Positions 55,051 through 64,000 of a stretch of 64,000 nucleotides of DNA are shown here, piece after piece. The notes below the pieces were generated by a model. The model saw nothing but the letters and a program-made list of their open reading frames with translations, was not told the origin of the DNA and ran no database searches. This DNA comes from Anaeromyxobacteraceae bacterium. GTDB taxonomy: Bacteria > Myxococcota > Myxococcia > Myxococcales > Anaeromyxobacteraceae. Made by a program: the position numbers and the translations under genes. The stretch lies in the NCBI GenBank assembly GCA_032654565.1, contig JAULAX010000015.1, positions 1,216,001 through 1,280,000 on the forward strand, read 5' to 3'. How positions within the stretch are numbered: the first letter of the stretch is position 1; every line of letters starts with the position of its first letter.

Positions 55051-56213
55051 CGCGGGCCGCCGACCGGGGCGGCCGCCGCGTAGGGGGCCGCCAGCCCGGT
55101 GCCGCCGCCGATGAAGGCCAGCGGGTCGCGCGGCTGGCCACCCTCCCAGACCTCGAAGTGCAGGTGCGGCCCGGTGGCCAGGCCGGTCTGGCCGATGAGG
55201 CCGAGCGGGGCGCCGGTCTCGACCGGATCGCCGGGGGCGCAGAGCAGCGCCGAGAGGTGGCCGTAGCGGGTGGTGAGGTCGCCGGGGTGGCGGACCTCGA
55301 CCAGCAGCCCGTAGCCGCCGGCCCAGTGGGCGCTCACCACGTAGCCGGGCGCGGCGGCGCTGACCACGCGCCCCCGGTCGGCGGCCAGGTCGATGCCGGC
55401 GTGGAGCTGGCGGGTGCCGTTGAGCGGGTGGTCGCGGGGGCCGAAGGCGGAGGAGAGGCCGGCGTTCTCGATGGGCCAGCGCAGCCGGCCCGGGGGGCGG
55501 GCCGCGAACAGGGTCTGGCCGATGGCCCGCGAGGTGGCGATGCGCCGGGCCAGCCGCTGGTCGCGGCCGGTGACCAGCCGGTCCAGGTCGGCGGGCGGCG
55601 GCCCGTAGCGCCGCTGGTCGAAGGCCCACTCGGCCTCGAGCGTGACGCTGGAGCGGACCAGCTCCAGCAGCGGTGTCTGGGGGAGGGGCCGGGCCAGGTA
55701 GTCGTCGAGCTGCGCCACCAGCGTGCGCCAGGCGGCCTCGGCCTCGGGCGGAAAGCCCGGGGAGGTGGTGGCGCGGAGGCGGCGGTTCCGGGCCTCGCCG
55801 GCGAAGCGGAGCAGGATGGGGTCGATGAGCGGCCCGCTGGGGGGCTCGCTGGGAGCGGACTCCGGGGCGACGTCGCGCAGCGGGGGGACCACTGGCAGGT
55901 CGGGCTCGAACCGCGGCGGCGTGGCGGGTCGGTGGGCCGCGGCCAGCCCGGTCCCGGGGCCCGTCGCGGGAGGCCGGGGCGCGGAGGTGGCGGCGCCCAC
56001 CGGGTGGGCCGCCGGCTCGTCGTCGAGCAAGCCGGCCTCGCGGAAGGTCAGCTTGCGCGGCGCCGGCGCGGCGGCGCAGCCGACCGACCCGGCCAGCGCC
56101 AGGAGGAGGGCGACCGGGGCGGCGACGGGAGTGAGCCGCGCCGGTCCGTGCCGGGGGAGCCGGGAGCGCTGGGCGTGCGGGGCGTGCTGGGCGTGCGGGG
56201 GGGACCGGGCCAC
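55047..56213 (-). CDS. M23-family metallopeptidase (probable lipoprotein)
   Basis: GAGGA RBS, lipobox-like SVGC, WP..SSAFG.R.HP..HAGIDLA, GYG, YGHL, G.TGLATGPHLHFEV. Confidence 0.9.
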   Translation of the reverse strand: MARSPPHAQHAPHAQRSRLPRHGPARLTPVAAPVALLLALAGSVGCAAAPAPRKLTFREAGLLDDEPAAHPVGAATSAPRPPATGPGTGLAAAHRPATPPRFEPDLPVVPPLRDVAPESAPSEPPSGPLIDPILLRFAGEARNRRLRATTSPGFPPEAEAAWRTLVAQLDDYLARPLPQTPLLELVRSSVTLEAEWAFDQRRYGPPPADLDRLVTGRDQRLARRIATSRAIGQTLFAARPPGRLRWPIENAGLSSAFGPRDHPLNGTRQLHAGIDLAADRGRVVSAAAPGYVVSAHWAGGYGLLVEVRHPGDLTTRYGHLSALLCAPGDPVETGAPLGLIGQTGLATGPHLHFEVWEGGQPRDPLAFIGGGTGLAAPYAAAAPVGGPR

Positions 56214-56363
56214 CGGCGAATCCTCGCATGGCGGGGGCGCCCCCGGAAACTCCCGGGGGGCGCCAAATCGCGTGCAAGAGGAGGAAGGACGGCCCATTCT
56301 GGCGGTGACGGCGCGCCGGACGCCCGGCGCCGGCACGGAACCCACCCCCCGGAGGAACGGCTG

Positions 56364-57806
56364 ATGAGCGCCACGAGACAGGACGTCTACCTGCAGGACT
56401 GGAAGACCCAGGAGGCCTGCGCCGAGCGGATGCTGCCCATCATCGGCAGGCTCTACCGCGAGCACAACGTGGTGCCGACGGTCTACGGCCGCCCGCTGGT
56501 GCACTGCTCGGTGCTCGACATCCTCAAGGCCCACCGCTACGCCCGGCTGATCATCGAGACCGAGCTCTCGGTGACCCAGACCTGGCCGCTGGTGGAGGCG
56601 ATGTCCCGGCTCGATCTCGGCCCCGCCCGCATCGACCTCGGCAAGCTGATCGTCAAGTACCAGGGGCTGGCCGCGGCCATGACCCCGGACGCCTTCGTGC
56701 GCCAGGAGCTGGCCAGCGTCGCCACCGGCCGCAGCGCCCTGCGCCCCACCCCGCAGGACGTGGTGCTCTACGGCTTCGGCCGCATCGGCCGGCTGCTGGC
56801 CCGCATCCTGGTGGAGAAGGCCGGCAGCGGCGAGAAGCTGCGGCTCCGGGCCGCGGTGGTCCGCAAGGGCGGGGCCGACGACCTGCTGAAGCGGGCCAGC
56901 CTGCTGCGCCGCGACTCGGTCCACGGCCCCTTCAACGGCATCATCACCATCGACGAGGCCGAGAACGCCATCATCGCCAACGGCAACATGATCCGGATCA
57001 TCTACGCCGACGCCCCGGAGAGCGTCGACTACGCCCAGTACGGCATCCGGGACGCCATCCTGGTCGACAACACCGGGAAGTGGCGCGACCGGGAGGGGCT
57101 GGGGCGGCACCTCAAGGCCAAGGGAATCGCCAAGGTGGTGCTGACCGCCCCCGGCAAGGGGGACATCCCCAACGTGGTGGCCGGGGTCAACGACGAGCTG
57201 ATCCGCACCGAGGAGCGGTTGCTGTCGGCCGCCAGCTGCACCACCAACGCCATCGTCCCGGTGCTCAAGGTGATCCACGACAGGTACGGCATCGCCAGCG
57301 GCCACGTCGAGACCTGCCACTCCTACACCAACGACCAGAACCTCATCGACAACTACCACAAGGCCTCGCGCCGGGGGCGCAGCGCGCCGCTCAACATGGT
57401 GATCTCCGAGACCGGCGCCGCCAAGGCGGTGGCCAAGGTGATCCCGGCGCTGGCCGGCAAGCTGACCGGCAACGCCATCCGCGTGCCCACCCCCAACGTC
57501 TCGCTGGCCATCCTCAACCTGGAGCTGACCCAGGCCGTCGACGTGGCCGGCCTCAACGCCTACCTGCGCGAGATGTCGCTCGACTCGCCGTACCAGAACC
57601 AGATCGACTACACCAACTCGCCCGAGGTGGTCTCCAGCGACTTCGTCGGCTCGCGCGCCGCCGGGGTGGTCGACTCGCTGGCCACCATCGTGCTCGGCAA
57701 GCGCTGCGTGCTCTACGTCTGGTACGACAACGAGTTCGGCTACAGCTGCCAGGTGGTGCGGATGATCCAGCAGCTGGCCGGCCTCGACCTGCCCTCGCTG
57801 CCCTGA
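56364..57806 (+). CDS. gap: Glyceraldehyde-3-phosphate dehydrogenase, long (N-extended) type
   Basis: GGAGG RBS, ~125-aa N-terminal extension, [38 protein letters not shown]. Confidence 0.95.
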   Translation: MSATRQDVYLQDWKTQEACAERMLPIIGRLYREHNVVPTVYGRPLVHCSVLDILKAHRYARLIIETELSVTQTWPLVEAMSRLDLGPARIDLGKLIVKYQGLAAAMTPDAFVRQELASVATGRSALRPTPQDVVLYGFGRIGRLLARILVEKAGSGEKLRLRAAVVRKGGADDLLKRASLLRRDSVHGPFNGIITIDEAENAIIANGNMIRIIYADAPESVDYAQYGIRDAILVDNTGKWRDREGLGRHLKAKGIAKVVLTAPGKGDIPNVVAGVNDELIRTEERLLSAASCTTNAIVPVLKVIHDRYGIASGHVETCHSYTNDQNLIDNYHKASRRGRSAPLNMVISETGAAKAVAKVIPALAGKLTGNAIRVPTPNVSLAILNLELTQAVDVAGLNAYLREMSLDSPYQNQIDYTNSPEVVSSDFVGSRAAGVVDSLATIVLGKRCVLYVWYDNEFGYSCQVVRMIQQLAGLDLPSLP

Positions 57807-57821
57807 GCGGCGCGCCCGGCC

Positions 57822-58853
<1,032 letters not shown>

Positions 58854-58876
58854 GCGGTTCTCCCGGGGAGGGGCCG

Positions 58877-58890
58877 GGATGCTAGCATCC
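58877..58890. promoter_or_regulatory. Palindromic bidirectional extended -10 element between ltaE and nth
   Basis: Perfect palindrome GGATGCTAGCATCC, giving TG-C-TAGCAT on both strands in a 45-bp divergent spacer. Confidence 0.6.
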
Positions 58891-58898
58891 GCGGCCGC

Positions 58899-59630
58899 AT
58901 GGCGGCACGGCGAGCGGCGAGGACCGGAGCGAAGGTGGGGCCGAGGCGGAAGGCCGGGGGCCGGCCGGTCTCCGAGGCCGAGCGGGTCCGGGCCGTGGAG
59001 GTGGTGCGGCGGCTCGGTGAGGCCATGCCCGGCGCGCGCATCGAGCTCGACTTCACGAGCGACCTGCAGCTGATGGTGGCGGTGATCCTCTCGGCCCAGT
59101 CGACCGACAAGGGGGTCAACCGGGTCACCCCGGGCCTGTTCGCCGCCTTCCCCGACGCCGCGGCGCTGGGGCGCGCCGAGCCGGAGCAGCTCTGGCCCCA
59201 CATCCGCACGCTCGGGCTCTTCCGCAACAAGGCCAGGGCCATCGTGGCGGCGGCGCGCCGGATCGTCGAGCTCCACGGCGGCGTGGTGCCGCGCACCCGG
59301 GTGGAGCTGGAGGCGCTGCCCGGGGTGGGGCAGAAGTCGGCCGGGGTGATCCTGCTGCAGCAGGGGGTGGAGGCGGCCTTCCCGGTCGACACGCACGTGG
59401 GGCGGCTGGCGCGCCGGCTCGGCTTCACGCGGCAGCAGGCGCCGGGGAAGGTGGAGGCGGCGCTGCGGGCGCTCTTCCCGCGCGAGCTCTGGGCCGACGG
59501 CCACCAGCTGCTGGTCTGGCACGGGCGGCGCTGCTGCACGGCCCGGGCGCCAGCCTGCCCGCGCTGCCCGGTGGCGGAGCTCTGCCCGAAGCGCGGCGTG
59601 AAGGTCGTGGCAACGCGCGCGGACGGGTGA
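58899..59630 (+). CDS. nth: Endonuclease III
   Basis: [28 protein letters not shown] HhH, PVDTHV.R, C.AR.P.C..C.....CP [4Fe-4S]. Confidence 0.95.
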   Translation: MAARRAARTGAKVGPRRKAGGRPVSEAERVRAVEVVRRLGEAMPGARIELDFTSDLQLMVAVILSAQSTDKGVNRVTPGLFAAFPDAAALGRAEPEQLWPHIRTLGLFRNKARAIVAAARRIVELHGGVVPRTRVELEALPGVGQKSAGVILLQQGVEAAFPVDTHVGRLARRLGFTRQQAPGKVEAALRALFPRELWADGHQLLVWHGRRCCTARAPACPRCPVAELCPKRGVKVVATRADG

Positions 59631-59687
59631 GGCGGACGGGGGCGGCGTTGGCGCGCCGTGGAGGCGCGTGCTATGGCCCGGGGCGCT

Positions 59688-60077
59688 GGAGCCGTCCGGA
59701 CGAACGCGTCAGAACTCGTGTCTGCCGAGGAAAGTCCGGGCACCAGAGGGCAAGGTGCCGGTTAACGACCGGTCGGGGCGACCCGCAGGAAAGTGCCACA
59801 GAGAGCAGACCGCCGAACGGCGCCGCGAGGCGTGCGTGGCAAGGGTGAAAAGGTGCGGTAAGAGCGCACCGCGCTCCTGGCAACAGGGGCGGCACGGCAA
59901 ACCCCACCTGGTGCAAGGGCACATAGGGAGGCTGCTCCGCCGCAAGGCGGGGCGAAGGGCGGCCCGCCCCACGCCTCCGGGTAGCCCGCTCGAGGCGTGC
60001 GGCAACGCACGTCCTAGATGAATGTTCGTCGCCGCGGGGAAACTCGCGGACCAGAACCCGGCTTACAGGGCGGCTCC
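59688..60077 (+). ncRNA. rnpB: RNase P RNA (type A)
   Basis: P1 GGAGCCG/CGGCTCC, GAGGAAAGTCCGGGC, GGAAAGTGCCACAGA, GGTGAAA..GGTAAGAGC, GGCAAACCCC, CAGAACCCGGCTTA. Confidence 0.97.
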
Positions 60078-60210
60078 GGCATTTTCCTTCACATGGTCGA
60101 TCGTTGGGCTGCCCCGGCGCCACCGGGGCCGGCGGGTCGCGGCCCGATGGCGCCTGGCCTTGCCGTGCCGCTCCGGGAGCGTTATACGTTGGTAAGAACG
60201 GAGCCCGACC

Positions 60211-60435
60211 ATGCGCAAGAAGCTCTCGGCCATCGGAAACAGCCTCGGCATCGTCATCGAGAAGCCCATCCTGGAGCTGCTCGACATCACCCGCGAGACC
60301 GAACTCGACATGACCACCGAGGGCGGCCGGCTCATCATCGCCCCGGTGAAGAAGCCCAAGCGTGAGCGGGTGAAGGCTGCCATCGACGAGGTGATGGTGG
60401 ATCACGCCGGGACCTTCCGGAAGCTCGCTCGGTAG
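60211..60435 (+). CDS. AbrB/MazE/SpoVT-family antitoxin
   Basis: KL..IGNSLGIVI.K..L..L swapped-hairpin motif; C-terminal F.KLA; TTGCCG-N17-TATACG promoter at 60160-60188. Confidence 0.88.
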   Translation: MRKKLSAIGNSLGIVIEKPILELLDITRETELDMTTEGGRLIIAPVKKPKRERVKAAIDEVMVDHAGTFRKLAR

Positions 60436-60439
60436 CCCG

Positions 60440-60853
60440 ATGCTCGAGCCGGAGTTCCTTGACCTCAGCGACGTGCTGGAGCTCCATGAACGCCAGGTCG
60501 AGGCGTTCGGTGGCGCGCTTGGGCTGAGGGACCAGGGATTGCTCGAGTCGGCGGTGGCCATGCCGCAGGCCGCCTTCGGGGGCCAGTTCGTCCACGAGGG
60601 CCTCTTCGCCATGGCCGCCGCCTACGCCTTCCATATCGCGGAGAATCAGCCGTTCCTGGATGGGAACAAGCGGACCGGCCTCGGCGCAGCGCTGGTCTTT
60701 CTTCGCCTCAACGGCTTCCGAATCGCCGGTCAGGGCGAGGAACTCTTCGAGGCCATGATCGCCATCGCTGAACGTCGCCTGGACGAGGCGGGTCTGGCGG
60801 AGCTGCTGGAGCGGCTGTCCCGGCCGGTCGGAGACGAGGGCGCACCCCGGTAG
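60440..60853 (+). CDS. Doc/Fic-family toxin with a His-to-Gln variant motif
   Basis: H...FGG..GLRD.GLLESA..P, AAAY, NQPFLDGNKRTG, FL.LNG. Confidence 0.88.
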   Translation: MLEPEFLDLSDVLELHERQVEAFGGALGLRDQGLLESAVAMPQAAFGGQFVHEGLFAMAAAYAFHIAENQPFLDGNKRTGLGAALVFLRLNGFRIAGQGEELFEAMIAIAERRLDEAGLAELLERLSRPVGDEGAPR

Positions 60854-60936
60854 TTCGACCCTGGTTGATGCGCACGAACCAGGCCAAGGTGGCGCACCAT
60901 CACCCCGATCGGCTCCCCTCGCTCCACTGTCACCAG

Positions 60937-61080
60937 TGGGCTTGCCCCGATCTCGTGGACACCTCCGATGTGAGGGAGACTTGGTCCATGGCGAAGTGGA
61001 AGAGGCGGAAGTTCACGGCTGAGTACAAGGCCGAGGTGGTGGGGTTGGTCGGTGCCAGCGGCACGGGCATCGGGCAGGCG
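60937..61080 (+). mobile_element. IS3-family remnant (left end plus start of OrfA)
   Basis: TGGGCTTGCCCC..TGGACAC IS3-like IRL, then ATG at 60988 encoding MAKWKRRKFTAEYKAEVVGLV (HTH_Tnp_1 start), truncated. Confidence 0.75.
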
Positions 61081-61159
61081 ACAAGGGGCCCGGGAAGGGC
61101 GGGTAGGGCAGCCCGGCAGGGCTGCGCAGGCGCAGGGGTCGGAGTATGATGGGAGCCGT

Positions 61160-61387
61160 ATGAAGGCACTCAAGGCACAGGTCAGGGGTGGGAGGCTGGT
61201 GCTCGACGAGCCCACCGAGCTTCCCGAGGGGACCGAAGTCGAGTTGACCCTGGTGGAGGACGACGGGTTCGACCCCGAGGAGCGTGCGCGCCTGCTCAAG
61301 GAGCTGGACGGGTCCCAGGCCGAGTACGAGCGCGGCGAGCACGATAACGCCTTCGAGTTCCTCGCCCAGCTGAGAGCGGGACGGTGA
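61160..61387 (+). CDS. Small putative antitoxin
   Basis: TATGAT and GGGAG upstream, KAQVRGGRLVLDEP.ELPEGTEVEL beta motif, acidic C-terminus; GTGA overlap with toxin. Confidence 0.75.
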   Translation: MKALKAQVRGGRLVLDEPTELPEGTEVELTLVEDDGFDPEERARLLKELDGSQAEYERGEHDNAFEFLAQLRAGR

Positions 61388-61683
61388 AGGTTCGAATCAC
61401 TGCCCGTGCGCGGGTGCAGGTGCGTGGCAGGAAGGCTTGGCGGGCAGAGAATCGTCCAGCCGCGCCCTCCTTGTTCGAAGAGGAGCTCTACCGGACCCTC
61501 CGGCTCATCTCCGAGCTGCCCGAAGCCGGTGTGAGGTGGCCCACGACGAGGAACCCGAGGCTGCGACGGGTCCTCATGACCGAGACCCACCATCACGTCT
61601 ACTTCTATGTGGACCAGCCCGAGAGCTCCGTGGTCGTCCTGACCGTGTGGGGGGCTCAGCGCGGGCGTGAACCCAGCCTGTAG
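61384..61683 (+). CDS. RelE/ParE-family toxin
   Basis: V.IT..A, ENRP.A..F..EL....I...P..G, RR, HVYFY, VVVL.VWGA.R; 99 aa and basic. Confidence 0.8.
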   Translation: MKVRITARARVQVRGRKAWRAENRPAAPSLFEEELYRTLRLISELPEAGVRWPTTRNPRLRRVLMTETHHHVYFYVDQPESSVVVLTVWGAQRGREPSL

Positions 61684-62036
61684 GCCGCCCCGCAGCCAGG
61701 GTGCCCGCCAGCTTTCCGGCAGGGGAATCGCTCGCTCCGGGCCCATTCTCCTCGTAGCGCATCGTACTGGCCTATGACTGGCCATTCTCTGTCGCAATCT
61801 GTCTCCCGGCACTGTCATTCGGCCCCAGACAGTATGGGGAAGTACGCGAAATGACGGCACCTGGCGCCGAGCGCGGAAGGTCAGCGACAGATGAAAGAGA
61901 CCCCGGCTTACTGTTGCCGCTCAAGCTGGCTGATGGAACTGCGGCCCGGCTCGTTGGTGTCCACCGGCACGGTGAGCGGAGCCCGCGCACGGGTGTGATG
62001 GCGATGGCGGGGAGCGGGCCCGGCGGGTAGGCCGGG

Positions 62037-62855
62037 TCACTCGGAGCGCTCCAGGCCGTCGCGGTCCAGGACGCGGGCGAGGAGGTCGCGTTCGACGAGC
62101 TTGCGCTTCTTGCGAGCGGCCTCGCGGAGGCAGCCGGTGGCAAGCCGGTCGAGGTCGCGCATGCCGCCGATGGCTGTCTCGTGGAGCATCTGTACGGCAT
62201 CCTGGGTGAAGACGTCGCGGTCGCAGCCGGCGCGCTTCATTCGGTAGCGAAGGTACTCGGCGGTGTCCTCGGGGGTGAGCGGGTCCACGTGGAGCCGCCA
62301 GTGGATGCGCGACTGGAGCGACCTGAAGCGGCGGAGCTGGAGTTGGTCCTTCAGCTCGGGCAGGCCGACCAGGACAAGCGAGAGAAGCGCCCGCGAGTCC
62401 CACTCGTAGTTGAGTAGGATGTGCAGGTGGCCCAGCATCTCCGGGTGGAGCAGGTGGGCCTCGTCGATGAGGAAGACCGGGTGGGCCCGCTCGTTGCCGA
62501 GGTCGCGGACGTGCTCGGTGACTGCGTAGAAGACGCCGGCGGCGGACGCCTTGGGCGAGAGGCCGAGGGCGAGGCAGAGCTGGCGGTAGAGGTCTCGGCG
62601 GCCGAGCGTGGCGTTGTGGCAGTAGGTGAGCCGGTAGCCGGCCTCCGGGAGCCGCTTGCGGAGCGCCCGTAGGACGCAGGTCTTGCCGACACCGGGGTCG
62701 CCGGTGAGCAGCACGGAGGCGCGCTCGGAAACCGCGGTACAGAGGTCGTCCACCACGCTGGCCTTGGAGCTGGGGAGCCAGAGGTCGCCGTCGGCGATCT
62801 CCTTGGAGAAGGGCGGCTCCTTGAGCCCGAAGGTGGTGATCCAGGTGTCGCTCAT
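62037..62855 (-). CDS. ExeA/TniB-like AAA+ ATPase (transposition helper)
   Basis: FGL...PF, Walker A GDPGVGKT, Walker B FLIDEAH, LVG.PEL, L.SRI, G..R; ATGA overlap with transposase. Confidence 0.9.
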   Translation of the reverse strand: MSDTWITTFGLKEPPFSKEIADGDLWLPSSKASVVDDLCTAVSERASVLLTGDPGVGKTCVLRALRKRLPEAGYRLTYCHNATLGRRDLYRQLCLALGLSPKASAAGVFYAVTEHVRDLGNERAHPVFLIDEAHLLHPEMLGHLHILLNYEWDSRALLSLVLVGLPELKDQLQLRRFRSLQSRIHWRLHVDPLTPEDTAEYLRYRMKRAGCDRDVFTQDAVQMLHETAIGGMRDLDRLATGCLREAARKKRKLVERDLLARVLDRDGLERSE

Positions 62856-64000
62856 CGAGAGCCCTCCTCGTCGGTGCGGCGGCCGGTGGCGCGGGCGAGC
62901 AGCGCGCCGGCGGGATCGAAGGGCGTGGTTGGCCTGACGACGGCCTCCTCCTCTGGCCGGCGTGGCGGCCGCTTGCGGCGGGCGTTGGCCTTGGGATCGA
63001 CGAGGTGGAGCGGGAGAAGCTGGCCGTCGTGCTCCACCCAGGCGTCGCCGCCGAGGAGGGAGCGGCCGACGGTGACGACGCGGCCGGCCAGGTAGCCCTG
63101 GTCGAGTTCGTAGTCCTGGCCGTCCCAGGAGACGGTGGTATCGGCGCGGACGCGGCGGCGCACCCGGACCGTGAGAGCGTCCCGGAGCTTCTGCTCGTCG
63201 AGGTCGTCTGCTGCGCGCTTGGTCGCGCCGAAGACGGTGGCCGGAGCCCGGCCCATGAGCGAGGCGTGGGGCGCGACCTGGTAGTGCTGGTCGATGAAGG
63301 CGTAGAGCCGAACCTCGACGTCGTGGAGGGAAGTCATGGTGCCGAGGTGGTCGAGGCAGCCCTCGCGCAGCGTCCTCCAGAAGCGCTCCATCTTGCCGCG
63401 GGCCGGCGCGTCGTACGGCCTGGCGTGCAGGAGCGAGATGCCGAGCCGGGCGCAGGCGGTGCGGAGGACCTCGCCGATGTAGGTCGCGCCGTTGTCGAGG
63501 TAGAGCACGTCAGGCGGGCCGTGCTTGCGCAGGGCCCGCACCAGGATCTCGAGCATGTCGGTCTCGCGCTCGGTGTGGCGGGCCTCGATGGCGACGATGA
63601 ACCGGCTGGCGTCGTCGAGCAGGGCGTGGATGCGCAGCGGGCGGGACTTGCCGTCGATGGTGAGCGCCGAGCCGTGGCAGACGTCGGCGTGCCAGAGCGC
63701 GCCTGGGCTCGATGCCTCCCAGCGAAGTCGCGTCTTCTGGCCGCCGCCCTCGCGCATCGGCACGCGGTCGAGCCCCTGATCGACGTAGAGCCGGCGCACG
63801 GTGGCCGGCGAGACGGCGTCCTTGGCGAGGCGGCCGTCGGCCACCAAGGTGCGCAGGATGAGCGGCACCGAGGCCGAGCGATGCTCGCGGCGGATGTCGA
63901 GGAGGAGCTGGCGCTGCTCGGGAGTGAGCTCCTGCCCGTGGCCGCGATCACTGCGCGGGGCCGGCCGCAGGGCGGCCAGGCCGCCCTGGCGGTAGGCGTA
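62852..64000 (-). CDS. rve/Mu-like DDE transposase, 5'-truncated by the window edge
   Basis: LWHAD (D), LDDASR, YLDNG (D), GKMERFWRT (E), Mu-transposase-C-like RRVRADTTVSW.G..Y; frame open to the window end. Confidence 0.9.
   Translation of the reverse strand, partial: YAYRQGGLAALRPAPRSDRGHGQELTPEQRQLLLDIRREHRSASVPLILRTLVADGRLAKDAVSPATVRRLYVDQGLDRVPMREGGGQKTRLRWEASSPGALWHADVCHGSALTIDGKSRPLRIHALLDDASRFIVAIEARHTERETDMLEILVRALRKHGPPDVLYLDNGATYIGEVLRTACARLGISLLHARPYDAPARGKMERFWRTLREGCLDHLGTMTSLHDVEVRLYAFIDQHYQVAPHASLMGRAPATVFGATKRAADDLDEQKLRDALTVRVRRRVRADTTVSWDGQDYELDQGYLAGRVVTVGRSLLGGDAWVEHDGQLLPLHLVDPKANARRKRPPRRPEEEAVVRPTTPFDPAGALLARATGRRTDEEGSR

Noticed and set aside
59627..60080. Short ORFs over 59.6-60.1 kb
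   Set aside because: The region is fully explained by RNase P RNA.

Overview
Very GC-rich chromosomal window, most likely from an Anaeromyxobacter-like myxobacterium (Myxococcota), inferred from mglBA, a Glt-like cluster, a DUF4388-type protein and Cys-rich surface proteins. Left to right: arginine operon (argC, fused argJ-argB, frameshifted argR); cytochrome b, HemY-like and beta-hydroxyacid dehydrogenase genes; a translationally coupled pafB/pafC-like WYL pair; a complete ISKra4-family IS with terminal IRs and target duplication; eukaryote/Geobacter-type citrate synthase; DUF4398/OmpA lipoproteins; a GAF protein; dsbA-DUF4388-truD; a radical SAM gene; a ~1,585-codon Cys-repeat/Ig-like lipoprotein broken by clustered frameshifts; tadA, two tRNA-Ser, ffs, dnaX-ybaB-recR; mglBA followed by a paralogous Glt/Nfs-like trans-envelope cluster and a giant FG-GAP/12x cadherin-like protein; a separately promoted beta-barrel plus short OPX export module; comM-recA behind a sigma54-like promoter; pssA-pgpA-cinA; M23 peptidase and beta-helix protein; long GAPDH; ltaE/nth; RNase P RNA; and an accessory region with two toxin-antitoxin pairs, an IS3 remnant and a DDE transposase/AAA ATPase transposon cut by the window edge. 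No CRISPR array or rRNA was seen. The best candidates for poorly described biology are the mglBA-linked Glt paralogue cluster with its adhesin and neighbouring OPX/barrel genes, the teneurin-motif-like Cys-repeat lipoprotein, the PafBC-like pair and the sigma54/leaderless comM-recA unit. All family calls come from motif recognition by eye; no database searches were run.
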